From Acidimicrobiales bacterium (lineage in GTDB: Bacteria; Actinomycetota; Acidimicrobiia; Acidimicrobiales; RAAP-2): DNA of 64,000 nt. Positions 63,884-64,000 of this stretch are shown here, piece after piece. Position 1 is the stretch's first letter. Every line of letters begins with the position of its first letter. The notes below the pieces were generated by a model, which saw nothing but the letters and a program-made list of their open reading frames with translations, had not been told where the DNA came from and did not search any database. The translations under genes and the position numbers were made by a program. Location of the stretch: NCBI GenBank assembly GCA_052145775.1, contig JBKQNY010000007.1, positions 958 through 64,957 of the forward strand. The letters run 5' to 3'.

Positions 63884-64000
63884 TCAGCTGGGCGACGGGG
63901 TGTGGCCGAGCCAGCGGTCCAAGAAGGGGTAGGCCGCGTCCCCGTGCCAGCGGTGGTCGCCGTGGAAGACGTCGTGGTGGAGCCGGTCGGCGGCGCCGAA
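63884..64000 (-). CDS. C-terminal fragment of an unidentified protein (N-terminus beyond window end)
   Basis: My translation of the minus strand from the window edge: FGAADRLHHDVFHGDHRWHGDAAYPFLDRWLGHTPSPS, then a stop at 63884-63886. GC3-rich. No family call is possible. Confidence 0.35.
   Translation of the reverse strand, partial: FGAADRLHHDVFHGDHRWHGDAAYPFLDRWLGHTPSPS

Overview
64-kb, very GC-rich, almost entirely coding chromosomal segment. It reads like a high-GC Actinomycetota genome (PASTA kinase, type-2 IleS, mycothiol-type PIG-L amidase, several F420/LLM oxidoreductases); the lineage is inference only. I support 58 CDS: two are cut by the window edges and one is a low-confidence 43-codon ORF. 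I also list a few promoters, operators, hairpins and repeats. I see no rRNA, tRNA, CRISPR array, transposase or integrase.

Layout:
- 1-8.2 kb: housekeeping (PknB-like kinase, ligA, mnmA, cysteine desulfurase, ALDH, sirtuin).
- 8.2-19.5 kb: stress/redox genes (YceI-MarR pair, ileS, HAD phosphatase, GPx, Qor, LLM, FMN dehydrogenase, acyl-CoA synthetase).
- 19.5-26.3 kb: a lower-GC island dominated by a 1157-aa secreted repeat protein.
- 26.3-35.3 kb: an igr-like lipid/steroid-side-chain beta-oxidation module (2 ACADs, hotdog pair, CoA-transferase, MFS pump, a Cys-less HMGS-like::DUF35 fusion coupled to an SCP2-type thiolase).
- 35.3-42.8 kb: amine catabolism (ald, ALDH, Lrp, omega-aminotransferase, FAD oxidase).
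- 42.9-51.1 kb: mixed (SDR, ABC-2 exporter, Tat-secreted glycosidase with CBM, NCS1 permease).
- 51.3-64 kb: a second redox/CoA-ester gene cluster.

Many long ORFs in the supplied track are antisense or out-of-frame shadows typical of GC-rich DNA. Many real genes sit inside N-terminally over-extended ORFs. I re-set starts by homology-by-eye, SD spacing and neighbouring stop codons; 4-nt ATGA/GTGA start-stop overlaps are frequent.

Most worth a second look:
- the repeat protein and its island;
- the apparently catalytically dead HMGS-like::DUF35 / thiolase pair;
- a GATCTGAC/GTCAGATC palindrome shared by the two control regions flanking the MFS gene;
- a recurrent TGACAGAATC extended -10 element that predicts a leaderless mnmA (and, with TGGTATGCT, a leaderless marR).

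No computation or database search was possible. All family calls are motif recognition by eye.
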